From a bacterium (GTDB lineage Bacteria > Krumholzibacteriota > Krumholzibacteriia > LZORAL124-64-63), in contig JANOEP010000046.1 in assembly GCA_031441465.1 (NCBI GenBank), positions 69,359 through 133,358 on the forward strand: 64,000 nucleotides of DNA, given 5' to 3'. Every line of letters starts with the position of its first letter. Positions within the stretch are counted from its first letter, which is position 1. The notes beneath the pieces were generated by a model. The model did not search any database and had not been told where the DNA came from. It worked only from the letters and a program-made list of their open reading frames with translations. A program made the translations under genes and the position numbers. Positions 20,568 through 29,500 of the stretch are shown here, in pieces.

Positions 20568-22946
20568 TCACGAGGTGAACTCCTCGGGGAAGAGTTCCGC
20601 CCAGACCTCCTCGACGCGCTTCACGCAGACGAACTCGATGTCGCGGGACACCTCGGTCGGGATCTCTTCGAGATCGTGCTCGTTCTCCTTGGGCAGCAGG
20701 AGGCGGCGGATGCCGGCGCGGTGCGCGGCCAGGACCTTCTCCAGCAGCCCGCCGATGGGCAGCACGTCGCCGGTCAGCGTGATCTCCCCGGTCATGGCCG
20801 TGCGCCGGTCGACCGGGCGACCCACCATCAAGGAGAAGAGCACCGTCGCCATGGTGATGCCGGCGCTCGGGCCGTCCTTGGGCACCGCCCCGGCCGGGAT
20901 ATGGATGTGGAGGTCGTGCTCGCGGAAGAAGGCGCGGTGGCGTTCGCGGTCGCCGTAGCGGGCGCGCAGGTAGGAGTAGGCGGCGGCCGCCGACTCCTGC
21001 ATGACGCTGCCGAGCTGGCCGGTCAGGCGCAGCTGGCCGGAGCCCGCCGGCAGGGCCACGCCTTCGAGGTAGAGGATCTTGCCGCCGGCCGAGGTCCAGG
21101 CCAAGCCCGTGGCGACGCCCACGCGGGCGCGGCTGCGCAGCCGGTCGGGATCGTAGTCGGGCTGGCCCAGATACTCGGGCAGGGTCTGGGCGGTGATCGC
21201 GTGCCGGCGCCGGCGGCCGCGCGCCACGGTCTTGGCGACCTTGCGGCACACGGCGCCGATCTTGCGCTCGAGGCCGCGCACACCGGCCTCGCGGGTGTGG
21301 CCGTTGATCAGGGCGCGCAGGCCGGCGTCGGTGAAGCCCACGTGCTTGGCGGTCAGGCCGTTCTCCTGGAGCTGCCTCGGCACCAGGTAGCGCTTGGCGA
21401 TCTCCAGCTTCTCGAGGTTGGTGTAGCCGGGCAGCTGGATGACCTCCATGCGGTCCAGCAGGGGGCGCGGGATGGTGTCCATCATGTTGGCCGTGGTGAT
21501 GAACAGGGTGTGCGAGAGGTCGAACGGCAGCGACAGGTAGTGGTCGGTGAAGGAGAAGTTCTGCTCCGGGTCGAGGACCTCCAGCAGGGCGCTGGCGGGG
21601 TCGCCGCGGAAATCCTGGCCCAGCTTGTCGATCTCGTCGAGCATGATCAGCGGGTTGTTGGTGCCGCAGTCCTTCAGGCCGGCGATGATGCGCCCCGGCA
21701 TGGCGCCGACGTAGGTGCGGCGGTGCCCGCGGATCTCGGCCTCGTCGCGCATGCCGCCGAGCGAGAAGCGGAAGAACTTGCGGCCGATCGCCTCGGCGAT
21801 GCTCCGCCCCAGCGAGGTCTTGCCCACGCCGGGCGGCCCGACCAGGCAGATGATGGGCCCGCGGTGGTCGTTCTTGAGCTTCCGCACGGCCAGGAACTCT
21901 AGGATGCGCTCCTTGACGTCGGCGAGGCCGTAGTGGTCGCGCTCCAGGATCGCCTCGGCGCGCTTGATGTCCAGCTTGTCCTCGCTGGACACGAGCCAGG
22001 GCAGGTCCAGCAGCCAGTCGATGTACGTCTTGCTGACCGTGTACTCGCTGGCGCCCGGGGACATGCGGGCCAGACGGTCGACTTCCTTCTCGGCGACGGC
22101 GCGCACGTGCTCCGGCAGCTGGGCCTGCGCCAGCCGCTCCTGCAGTTCCTCGATCTCCACCGTGCCGTCGTCGGTGTCGCCCAGCTCGCGCTGGATCGCC
22201 TTGAGCTGCTGGCGCAGGTAGTATTCGCGCTGGTCCTTGTCGATGCTCTTGCGGACCTTGGACTGGAGCTTCTGCCCCAGCTCCGCGACTTCCAGTTCGC
22301 GCACGACGATCTTGGCCAGGATCTGCAGGCGCTCCAGGGGAGCGACGGCTTCCAGCACCTGCTGCTTCTCGGCGATCTCGATGTCGAGGTTGGTGGCGAT
22401 CAGGTCGGCGAGCCGGCCCGGATCGTCGATGTTCATCACCACGACCTTCAGCTCGTCCGAGAGGCTCTCGCTGGCGTCGACGATCTTCAGGAAATTGTTC
22501 GCGACGCCCCGCATGTAGGCCAGCGTGCGGGGGTCGGAGGCCTTCGGCTCCGGCAGCCCCTCCACTTCGGCCTTGAGGTACGGCTGTTCGGACACGAACT
22601 CGCCGATGCGAATCCGGGCCACGCCCTGGCCCAGCAGGCGCATGCTGCCGTCGGGAAAGCGCAGCATCTTCTGGATCTTCACCGCCGTGCCGACGCGGTA
22701 CAGCAGGTCCTTCTCGTCGGGATGGTCCTCGTGCTCGCCCGGCTCCCGCTGGGAAACCGCGCCGAGCATCTTGTCGCCGGCGAGGCAGTCGTCCGCCAGG
22801 CGGATGAGGTTCTCGTCGCTCAGCACGAGCGGGACCATCATGTAGGGGAAGATCACCGCGTCGCTGATCGGCAGGACCGGCAGCACCGCGGGCACCAGGG
22901 CCTCGGGCGCATCGCTCGACCGTCGCTGACGCTCGTCGCCGTTCAT
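20568..22946 (-). CDS. lon: ATP-dependent protease La (Lon)
   Basis: An LON N-domain, the AAA+ Walker A motif GPPGVGKTS, and a protease domain with the catalytic Ser in [17 protein letters not shown]. Start placed at Met18 of the track ORF after a GGAAGGAA Shine-Dalgarno sequence. Confidence 0.93.
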   Translation of the reverse strand: MNGDERQRRSSDAPEALVPAVLPVLPISDAVIFPYMMVPLVLSDENLIRLADDCLAGDKMLGAVSQREPGEHEDHPDEKDLLYRVGTAVKIQKMLRFPDGSMRLLGQGVARIRIGEFVSEQPYLKAEVEGLPEPKASDPRTLAYMRGVANNFLKIVDASESLSDELKVVVMNIDDPGRLADLIATNLDIEIAEKQQVLEAVAPLERLQILAKIVVRELEVAELGQKLQSKVRKSIDKDQREYYLRQQLKAIQRELGDTDDGTVEIEELQERLAQAQLPEHVRAVAEKEVDRLARMSPGASEYTVSKTYIDWLLDLPWLVSSEDKLDIKRAEAILERDHYGLADVKERILEFLAVRKLKNDHRGPIICLVGPPGVGKTSLGRSIAEAIGRKFFRFSLGGMRDEAEIRGHRRTYVGAMPGRIIAGLKDCGTNNPLIMLDEIDKLGQDFRGDPASALLEVLDPEQNFSFTDHYLSLPFDLSHTLFITTANMMDTIPRPLLDRMEVIQLPGYTNLEKLEIAKRYLVPRQLQENGLTAKHVGFTDAGLRALINGHTREAGVRGLERKIGAVCRKVAKTVARGRRRRHAITAQTLPEYLGQPDYDPDRLRSRARVGVATGLAWTSAGGKILYLEGVALPAGSGQLRLTGQLGSVMQESAAAAYSYLRARYGDRERHRAFFREHDLHIHIPAGAVPKDGPSAGITMATVLFSLMVGRPVDRRTAMTGEITLTGDVLPIGGLLEKVLAAHRAGIRRLLLPKENEHDLEEIPTEVSRDIEFVCVKRVEEVWAELFPEEFTS

Positions 22947-22986
22947 GGGCACAGTTCCTTCCGCGTCCGCCTTGCTCCGGCGCCGC

Positions 22987-23442
22987 TTACTTCCCATTGC
23001 GCACGTCCACGCGCCGCCGGCTGCCGCCGGCCGCCGGTCCCTTGCGGAACGTGACGTAGAGGAAACCGTTGCGATAGCGGGCGGCCGCGGTTTCGGGCTG
23101 CACCGACACCGGCACGACGATGCGCCGGGCGAACGGCCCGACGCTGATCTCCATCTTCGAGTAGTGCTTCTTGCCGGCGGGCGCGATGTCCTGGCGCGTG
23201 CCGCGCACGGTCAGGGTCTCGCCGTCGGTGAAGACCTCGATCGCCGCGGGATCCATGCCCGCCAGGTCCATCTGCACGACGAAGGCTTCCTCGGTCTCGT
23301 AGGCGTCGGTGGCCGGCCGCCAGGTCAGGTCGTCGTCGAGGGGCAGCCGCCCCAACCCGCGGGCGTGGGCCGTGACCAGGATCTCGAAGATGTCGTCCAC
23401 GGAACCGGAATCTCCGGCCTCGCGGGGTGCCGTCGTGATCAT
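22987..23442 (-). CDS. Hsp20/alpha-crystallin-family small heat-shock protein
   Basis: Alpha-crystallin domain (WRPATDAYETEEAFVVQMDLAGMDPAAIEV...GFLYVTF). Start placed at Met10 after a perfect AGGAGG Shine-Dalgarno sequence. Confidence 0.9.
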   Translation of the reverse strand: MITTAPREAGDSGSVDDIFEILVTAHARGLGRLPLDDDLTWRPATDAYETEEAFVVQMDLAGMDPAAIEVFTDGETLTVRGTRQDIAPAGKKHYSKMEISVGPFARRIVVPVSVQPETAAARYRNGFLYVTFRKGPAAGGSRRRVDVRNGK

Positions 23443-23472
23443 GGCGGGCCTCCTTGAGCGTTGACCCACCGC

Positions 23473-23501
23473 ATGCTAGCGGCGGGGAGGCGGGGCGTCA
23501 A
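23473..23501 (-). promoter_or_regulatory. Near-consensus sigma70 promoter for the Hsp20 gene
   Basis: Minus strand reads TTGACG, a 17-nt spacer, then TAGCAT, about 25 nt upstream of the AGGAGG Shine-Dalgarno sequence. There is no CIRCE motif and no room for a ROSE-type thermometer. Confidence 0.5.
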
Positions 23502-23530
23502 CCCGCGACCGGGAAGGGCGGGCGGGGCGC

Positions 23531-23560
23531 TTGTCCCGTGCGACGGCTGCATGGTAGGAT
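23531..23560 (+). promoter_or_regulatory. Candidate promoter for the divergent HIT gene
   Basis: TTGTCC, an 18-nt spacer, then TAGGAT, about 85 nt upstream of the ATG. A weak call. Confidence 0.3.
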
Positions 23561-23646
23561 GCGGGGAAGTCGGGGCGGCGAGTCCCACCAACACCGGGAC
23601 CCGGCGGCTGCTGGTCCCGGCACCTCCAGCCGAGAGGCGGCGCACG

Positions 23647-23991
23647 ATGGCCGACTGCCTGTTCTGCAAGATCGCCGCCGGTGCGATCCCCGCCGACATC
23701 ATCCACGCGGACGACGAGTTCGTCGCCTTCCGGGACATCGCCCCCCGCGCCCCGGTCCACGTCCTGGTGATCCCCCGTCGTCACATCCCGTCGCCGGGAG
23801 ACCTCGTCGACGGCGACGAAGCCCTGGCCGGGCGCCTGCTGGTCACCGCGGCGCGGATCGCGCGCGACTCGGGACTGGACGCCACGGGGTTCCGCTGGGT
23901 CCTGAACTGCGGCGCCGACGGGGGACAGACCGTCCCCCACCTCCACCTGCACCTGCTCGGCGGGCGAGAACTCGGCTGGCCGCCCGGGTAA
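23647..23991 (+). CDS. Histidine-triad (HIT) nucleotide hydrolase, HinT-like
   Basis: MADCLFCKIAAGAIPADIIHADDEFVAFRDIAPRAPVHVLVIPRRH...VPHLHLHLLGG carries the HxHxHxx triad. The rest of the track ORF upstream is promoter region. Confidence 0.9.
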   Translation: MADCLFCKIAAGAIPADIIHADDEFVAFRDIAPRAPVHVLVIPRRHIPSPGDLVDGDEALAGRLLVTAARIARDSGLDATGFRWVLNCGADGGQTVPHLHLHLLGGRELGWPPG

Positions 23992-24017
23992 CGCAGGGCC
24001 GCCGACCGCACCCGCCG

Positions 24018-24692
24018 TCACTTCACCTTGTACTGGCCCCGTCCGGCGCTGACGAGGATCTTGCTCGTCGACAGGGTGCGCCGCAGCACGTTCGCGAAGT
24101 TACCGCTCTTGCTCTTGACGAGTTTTCCCTTGGCGATGGCGCCCAGGATGTCCTGGACGGACATTTTGCCGCCGTTGGCGCGGATCAGGCCCGCCACGAC
24201 CGACTCCAGGGTGGCCTTGCCGGACTTCCCGGCGGCGGCTTTGCGGGACGCGCCCTTGGCGGGCGCCGCCTTCCCGGCGGCCTTCTTCTTCCCGACCGGC
24301 TTCTTCGCGGTCTTCTTCTTCGCGACCGGCTTCTTCGCCGACGCCTTCTTGGCGATCTTCTTCTTCGCTCTGGTCGTCTGCGCGACGGTCTTCTTCGCCG
24401 CAGCCTTCTTCACGGCGACCTTCTTCGCCGGCTTCCTGGCCGACTTCTTCACCGACTTCTTCGCTGCGGCTTTCCGGCGCGCCGGGCCCCGCCCGCGACG
24501 GGCCGCGACCGGCGCGGCGGCGACGGGACCGCCCTTCACGAGATCGGCGATGGCGGTGCGGACCGCGGCGAGTTCGGTCTCGAGCTCGCTGCGCCGCGAT
24601 TCCAGAACGGTGAGCTGTTCCTTGACGGCGAGGAGGCGTCGGAGATCGTCGAGGGAAAGCTCCCCGGCGAGTGCGGCGAACTTGCGCATCAT
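24018..24692 (-). CDS. Histone H1-like nucleoid-associated protein: coiled coil, (A/K)-rich repeat tract, and a C-terminal winged-helix resembling the linker-histone H1/H5 globular domain
   Basis: The N-terminus is a heptad coiled coil (LSLDDLRRLLAVKEQLTVLESRRSELETELAAV). The middle ~110 aa are AKKxA repeats. The C-terminus (LESVVAGLIRANGGKMSVQDILGAIAKGKLVKSKSGNFANVLRRTLSTSKILVSAGRGQYKV) aligns by eye with the H5 globular domain. GGAGG Shine-Dalgarno sequence 6 nt before the ATG. Confidence 0.8.
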   Translation of the reverse strand: MMRKFAALAGELSLDDLRRLLAVKEQLTVLESRRSELETELAAVRTAIADLVKGGPVAAAPVAARRGRGPARRKAAAKKSVKKSARKPAKKVAVKKAAAKKTVAQTTRAKKKIAKKASAKKPVAKKKTAKKPVGKKKAAGKAAPAKGASRKAAAGKSGKATLESVVAGLIRANGGKMSVQDILGAIAKGKLVKSKSGNFANVLRRTLSTSKILVSAGRGQYKVK

Positions 24693-24740
24693 CAAGAACC
24701 TCCGGGTTGGACTGTTCGGGCGGGCGAGAATATTACCGAC

Positions 24741-24770
24741 ACCCTAGTTCCGGTGGCCGGGACTTGTCAA
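24741..24770 (-). promoter_or_regulatory. sigma70-type promoter for the H1-like gene
   Basis: Minus strand reads a perfect TTGACA, an 18-nt spacer, then TAGGGT, about 45 nt upstream of the start. Confidence 0.45.
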
Positions 24771-24793
24771 CTGCGCGGTAAGATCGCGGGCGG

Positions 24794-26452
24794 TCAGCGC
24801 CGATCGGCGGGCGAGATCCACCAGTCCTGGACGTTCTGGTAGGTCGAGAGCACGTGGGGCGCCACGCCGCGCAACCGGCGCCGCACCGCCACCACCTGGT
24901 CGGGGTAATAAAGCGTGGCGACCGGCGAGTCGGCCACGATCAGACGCTGGAAGGCGTCCCAGACGGGTTTGGCCAGGGAGCGGTCGCGCTCGGCGAGCCC
25001 CCGGGCGAGCAGGGAGTCGGCCGCGGCGCTGGCGTAATGGCCGTAGTTGAACAGCGACCAGGCGTCCGAGGCGAAGCGCGGCGAGGGGTCCACCGCGAGC
25101 CGTTCGGAATAGACGCCCAGGTACGCTTCGAAGCGGCCGGACTGGACGAGGTCGACGGCCGCGCCCATCTCCATGATCCGGGGCCGGCACTCCACCCCCA
25201 CCCGCCCGAGATGGTCGCGGACGGCGGCGGCGCCGTTCTCCCGCACCGCGTCCCCTTTGCGCGTCACCAGGCTGAAACTCAGCGTCTCGCCGCCGCGCTC
25301 CCGCACGCCGTCGCCGTCGGCGTCGCGCCAACCGGCGGCGTCGAGCAGCTCCCGCGCGCGGGCGGGGTCGTAGGGTTCCGCCGGCAGCTCGCGGTCGAAG
25401 GCCCAGAGCGCGGGCGGCAGCGGGCCGCCGCCCGCGCGCGCGCAGCCCTCCAACAGCCCGTCCACGAAGAGCGAACGGTCGACGGCCAGCGACAGCGCGC
25501 GCCGCACGCGTGGGTCGGCGAAACGGGGGTCGGCCAGATTCCACACGATCTGCCCCACCAGGCGTCCCGCCAACCGGTGCACGACCACATCGCCCCGCTG
25601 TTCCAGGCGGCCGAGCGCGTGCACGGGCACGTCCTCCAGCAGGTCCGCGCCGCCGGTCTCGAGTTCCACCAGGCGGGCCGTCTCGTCGGGGATGATCCGG
25701 AACACGAGCCGCTCGAGGCGGGGACGCGGCCCCGGGTAGGACTCGTTGCGGCGCAGGACCAGCATCTGGTTGCGCTCCCAGGACTCCAGCACGAAGGGGC
25801 CGCTCGAGAGCGGGTGTTCGTTGAGCGTCCAAGCGCGCACCGCCGCCGGGTCGAGCGCGTCGGTGACGTGGGCGGGCAGGATGAAGTGGCCGAGCGTCGC
25901 CACGAGGTCGTTGCGGCTCTCCCGGAACTCGTAGCGCACGGTCGAGTCGTCCATCGCGGTGACGGACTTCACGTTGTTGAAACGGCCGCCGCCGCGCGGG
26001 CTCGCCACACGCGGGTCGACGAACAACCGGAACGACGCCGCGACGTCGCGGGCCGTCAGCGGTGCGCCGTCGGACCAGCACCAGGGACGCAGCCGGACCG
26101 TCACCGCGAGGCTGTCGGGAGTGAATTCCAGACCGGCAGCGATGCACGGCCGATAGGTGAAGTCCTCGCCCATTTCCACGAGGCCGTCGCCGAGCAGGTC
26201 GAGGATCTGGCCGGCGTGGGCGGAGGTGTAGAGCAGCGGGTTCAGGACGTCGGGATCGGCCGGGAACGCGATCACGGCCGTGCCGCCGGCGGTCGGCTCG
26301 TCGGCGGCTCCCGGCCGGGGTTTCGCCTCGCGGCCACAGCCGATGGGCAGGACCGCCAGCACGGTCAACGCGACGAGCAACAGGGCGACGGCCGGCGACG
26401 GCGTCCCGACGTCTCCCGCCTCCGTGCCGGCGCTCCTGGTATTCGCTCCCAT
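24794..26452 (-). CDS. ABC transporter substrate-binding lipoprotein, family 5 (Opp/Dpp/Nik-like), orphan (no permease or ATPase genes nearby)
   Basis: Lipobox LPIGCG, then the SBP_bac_5 pattern (AFPADPDVLNPLLYTSAHAGQILDLLGDGLVEM...). Confidence 0.85.
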   Translation of the reverse strand: MGANTRSAGTEAGDVGTPSPAVALLLVALTVLAVLPIGCGREAKPRPGAADEPTAGGTAVIAFPADPDVLNPLLYTSAHAGQILDLLGDGLVEMGEDFTYRPCIAAGLEFTPDSLAVTVRLRPWCWSDGAPLTARDVAASFRLFVDPRVASPRGGGRFNNVKSVTAMDDSTVRYEFRESRNDLVATLGHFILPAHVTDALDPAAVRAWTLNEHPLSSGPFVLESWERNQMLVLRRNESYPGPRPRLERLVFRIIPDETARLVELETGGADLLEDVPVHALGRLEQRGDVVVHRLAGRLVGQIVWNLADPRFADPRVRRALSLAVDRSLFVDGLLEGCARAGGGPLPPALWAFDRELPAEPYDPARARELLDAAGWRDADGDGVRERGGETLSFSLVTRKGDAVRENGAAAVRDHLGRVGVECRPRIMEMGAAVDLVQSGRFEAYLGVYSERLAVDPSPRFASDAWSLFNYGHYASAAADSLLARGLAERDRSLAKPVWDAFQRLIVADSPVATLYYPDQVVAVRRRLRGVAPHVLSTYQNVQDWWISPADRR

Positions 26453-26473
26453 GCTCCGCCTCCCCGCCGCGGG

Positions 26474-26559
26474 AAACGGCCCGGCCCCGTCGGGACCGGG
26501 CCGCTTCGGCAGCCCCGCGCAGTGTAGCGGGTGCGCCGGCCGCGGTCAACGCGGCCGGC
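26474..26559 (-). terminator. Two tandem GC-rich hairpins immediately downstream of the first giant gene (putative factor-independent terminator without a U-tract)
   Basis: GCCGGCCGCG-gtcaa-CGCGGCCGGC (10-bp stem) directly after the stop codon. About 35 nt further on, a second ~12-bp interrupted hairpin, CGGCCCGGCCCG-t-CGGGaCCGGGCCG. Confidence 0.4.
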
Positions 26560-26564
26560 GGCGG

Positions 26565-29500
26565 CTATTTCACGAGCAGCATCTTCAAGGTGCTGCCCTC
26601 GGCGCCGCGCTGTGCGCGCAGGAAGTAGACGCCGCTGGCCTGGGGACGTCCGGCGTCGTCCTGGCCGTGCCAGGTCACCGTCAACCAACCGGGCGCCACC
26701 GGGCCTCGGTGCAGGCTGCGCACGAGCCTGCCCTGCACGTCGAAGATCTCGACCGACAGCGGTCCCTCCCCGCCCGCGGGCACGTAGAGACGGGCCGTGG
26801 TGCTGGGGTTGAAGGGGTTGGGGACGTTGGGCATGAGCGACAGCCTGGCCGCCGGCGGCGGCGCCTCCTCGACCGGCGTCGTGGCGATGAACCGGAAGAC
26901 GCCGTCGCGCAGGTAATTGCCGCGGAACGTCGGCCAGGGCATCTCGTTCGGGTAGTAGGTCGCCGGCAGGTCCCAGACGTGGATCTGCAGGTCCCAGCCG
27001 CCGTAGACCAGGTTGACGTAGCCGTCCTGATCGAGGTCGCAGATCACCGGCGCGGGCCGGATGGGTCCGCCGAGGGTCAGCGGGAAGCCGTCGAGGTCCA
27101 CGCCGGCGTGCGAGAAGGCGTAGATGTTGTTCGGGGACTCGGTGTCGCCGCCGCCGATGCCGAACACCACATCCGGCAGATGGTCGCCGTTGAGGTCCCC
27201 GACCACCGGACTGGACTCCGTGTTGCCGGGCACCGAACGCGGCCAACCGCTCATGGTCTGGCCGCTGGTGCCGCCGGCGACATCGGTGTCGACGACGTGG
27301 ACGCTGGACGACGAGGCGCCGAACACTTCCACCGCCACGATCTCCAGCCGGCCGTCGTTGTCGAAGTCGCCCACGGCCGGGCTGGGGCAGGTCACGTCGC
27401 CGTTGGTGCTCTGGGAGCGGAAATAGCGGGGGAAGCCCGGATAGCGCGTGCCGTTCTGGCGGACCACCCGCAGCGAGTCCTCCTCCGAAATGTAGATGAT
27501 CTCCTTCAGCCCGTCGTTGTCGAGATCGGCGATGGTGGGGCTGCACATGATGTTGCCGCCGCTGCCGGCGGTGATCGGGAAACCCGGCACCTGGGTGCCG
27601 TTGTGGCGGTAGGCCAGCAGCAGGTTGGTGGCGACCGTGCGGTAGCGCGTCCCGAAGACGATGTCCTTGGCGCCGTCGCCGTCGAGGTCCGCGAGCGCGG
27701 GCGCGGAACGGCACCACTCGTCGTAGGGCAGCACCGCGGAGCGGTCGATCAGGACGCCCTGGGTGGCGGGGTTGTTGTCCCCGTCGCGCACTTCGGTGCC
27801 GTCGGCGTGCCAGGCGAGCGTGCGGCCCGCGAGGTTGTTGGCGACGACTTCGACCTCGCCGTCGCCGTCGATGTCCCCCACCGCGGGCGGCGCCCAGACC
27901 CACATCGTCCCGGTGGACCGCGGCCAGCCGGGCACCTGCGAACCGTCGGCGTTGTAGGCGAACATCAGCTTCAGGTCGCGCTCGGCGCAGAGGATCTCCA
28001 GCGCCGGGTCGCCGTCGAGGTTCGCCAGGGTCACGCCCATCGGCGACAGCCTGGCGTTGAGGTTGGTGATCGGGCCGAGGGTCTGCGAATCGTTGTCGCC
28101 GTCGAACAGCTCCTGCCCGTCCTCGGTCCACACGTAGACCTCGTCGGACGCCATGACGATCTCCAGGCGGTGGTCTCCGGTCACGTCGCCGACGGCGCAG
28201 TGGCTGCTCGTCTCGACCGCGAAGGGGAGCGGGAAGGGCGCGAGTTCCGAGGGAGACGTGCTCTTGGCGAAGACGGTCGAAGCGGCGCCCTCCACGAGGA
28301 ACGAGTCGACGCAGGTGACGCGGTAGTAGTAACGCGTCAACAGGTCCAGCCCGGTGTCGCGGAAGTAGGAAATCCGTCCCAGCAGATCGTAGTTGGACCG
28401 CGTGAACGGCCCGGCCGCGTTCTGGCTGCGGTAGACGTGGTAGCCTCGCACCCCGGGCTGGTTCACAGGAGTCCACTTCAGTTCGATGACGTCGGGGCCC
28501 AGCGCGGTGACGGAGGAGAGGTCGGTCGGCACCGCGGGCGTCGTCATCTTGAAGGAGTGCACGAAACGGCGCCCGCGCGAGTCGGTGACCACCAGCCGGG
28601 CGTCGTAGGGCAGGGTGACGTTCAAGACCTTCAGCGACACCAGCGCCGTGCCGCTGGACGTCTGCAGCAGGTCGAGGTTGGGGTAGGTCAGCAACGAGTC
28701 GTAGAGCACGACGTTGGGGCTGCTGGTGCGCAGCACGGCGGCGAGGCCGTCGGCGCGGCCGGCGCCGAAATTCTCCAGGGTCATCAGCACCGTGACGCGC
28801 TCGTTGTTCTCCAGGAGGCCGTCGTTGTCGCCGTAGGGCGCGTCGAACCAGTCTAGGGCGATGGCTTCGACCTCGGGGGCCTTGACCACCAACTCCCAAC
28901 GGGAGGTCCAGGGGCCGGCGGGGAGGTTGTCGGCGACCACGGTGAAGGTGACGTGGTTGCCGTCGGCCATCGCCGCGTCGAAGCGGACCAGGAACGTGTC
29001 CAGGGCGTTGGCGCTGCCCCCGCTCGGGATCGTGGCCACGGCGGCGTTCCCGTCCAGGATGGTCACGCCGGCGGCGGCCGAACTCAGCACCGCGGTCACG
29101 CCGGCGGCGCCGCCGCTCCCGGTGTCCTGGAAGCGCGCCGTGAAGGCGACGGTCTCCCCAGCCTCGGCGATGCCGTTGCCGTTGCCGATGGTGCCGCCGG
29201 TCCCGTTGTCGGTGACGGTCATGCTCTGCAGGGCGATGTAGGCGCCGGTCCCGGTCACCGGCAGCGACTGGACCTTGCGGGCGGAGTTGCGGGCGGTCAC
29301 GGTCAGGGTGAGCGAGCCGGTGTCCACCGGCACGATGTTCAGCGAAACCTGGCCGGCGCCGTCGGTGTCGCCCCAGACATAGACGTCGCCGCTGCGGCTG
29401 AGCACGACCCGCGCGCCGACGACGGGCAGCCCGCCCGACGTGATCGTGATCGGCACGTTCTGGGCGCCGAGCGGCAGCGAGGCGGGCACGCTCACCGTCA

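Noticed and set aside
24240-24480. Periodic ctt/ctt-c/gcg repeats resembling a tandem-repeat or CRISPR-like array
   Set aside because: The periodicity is the coding sequence of the AKK-repeat tail of the H1-like protein. There are no spacer/repeat units or cas genes.
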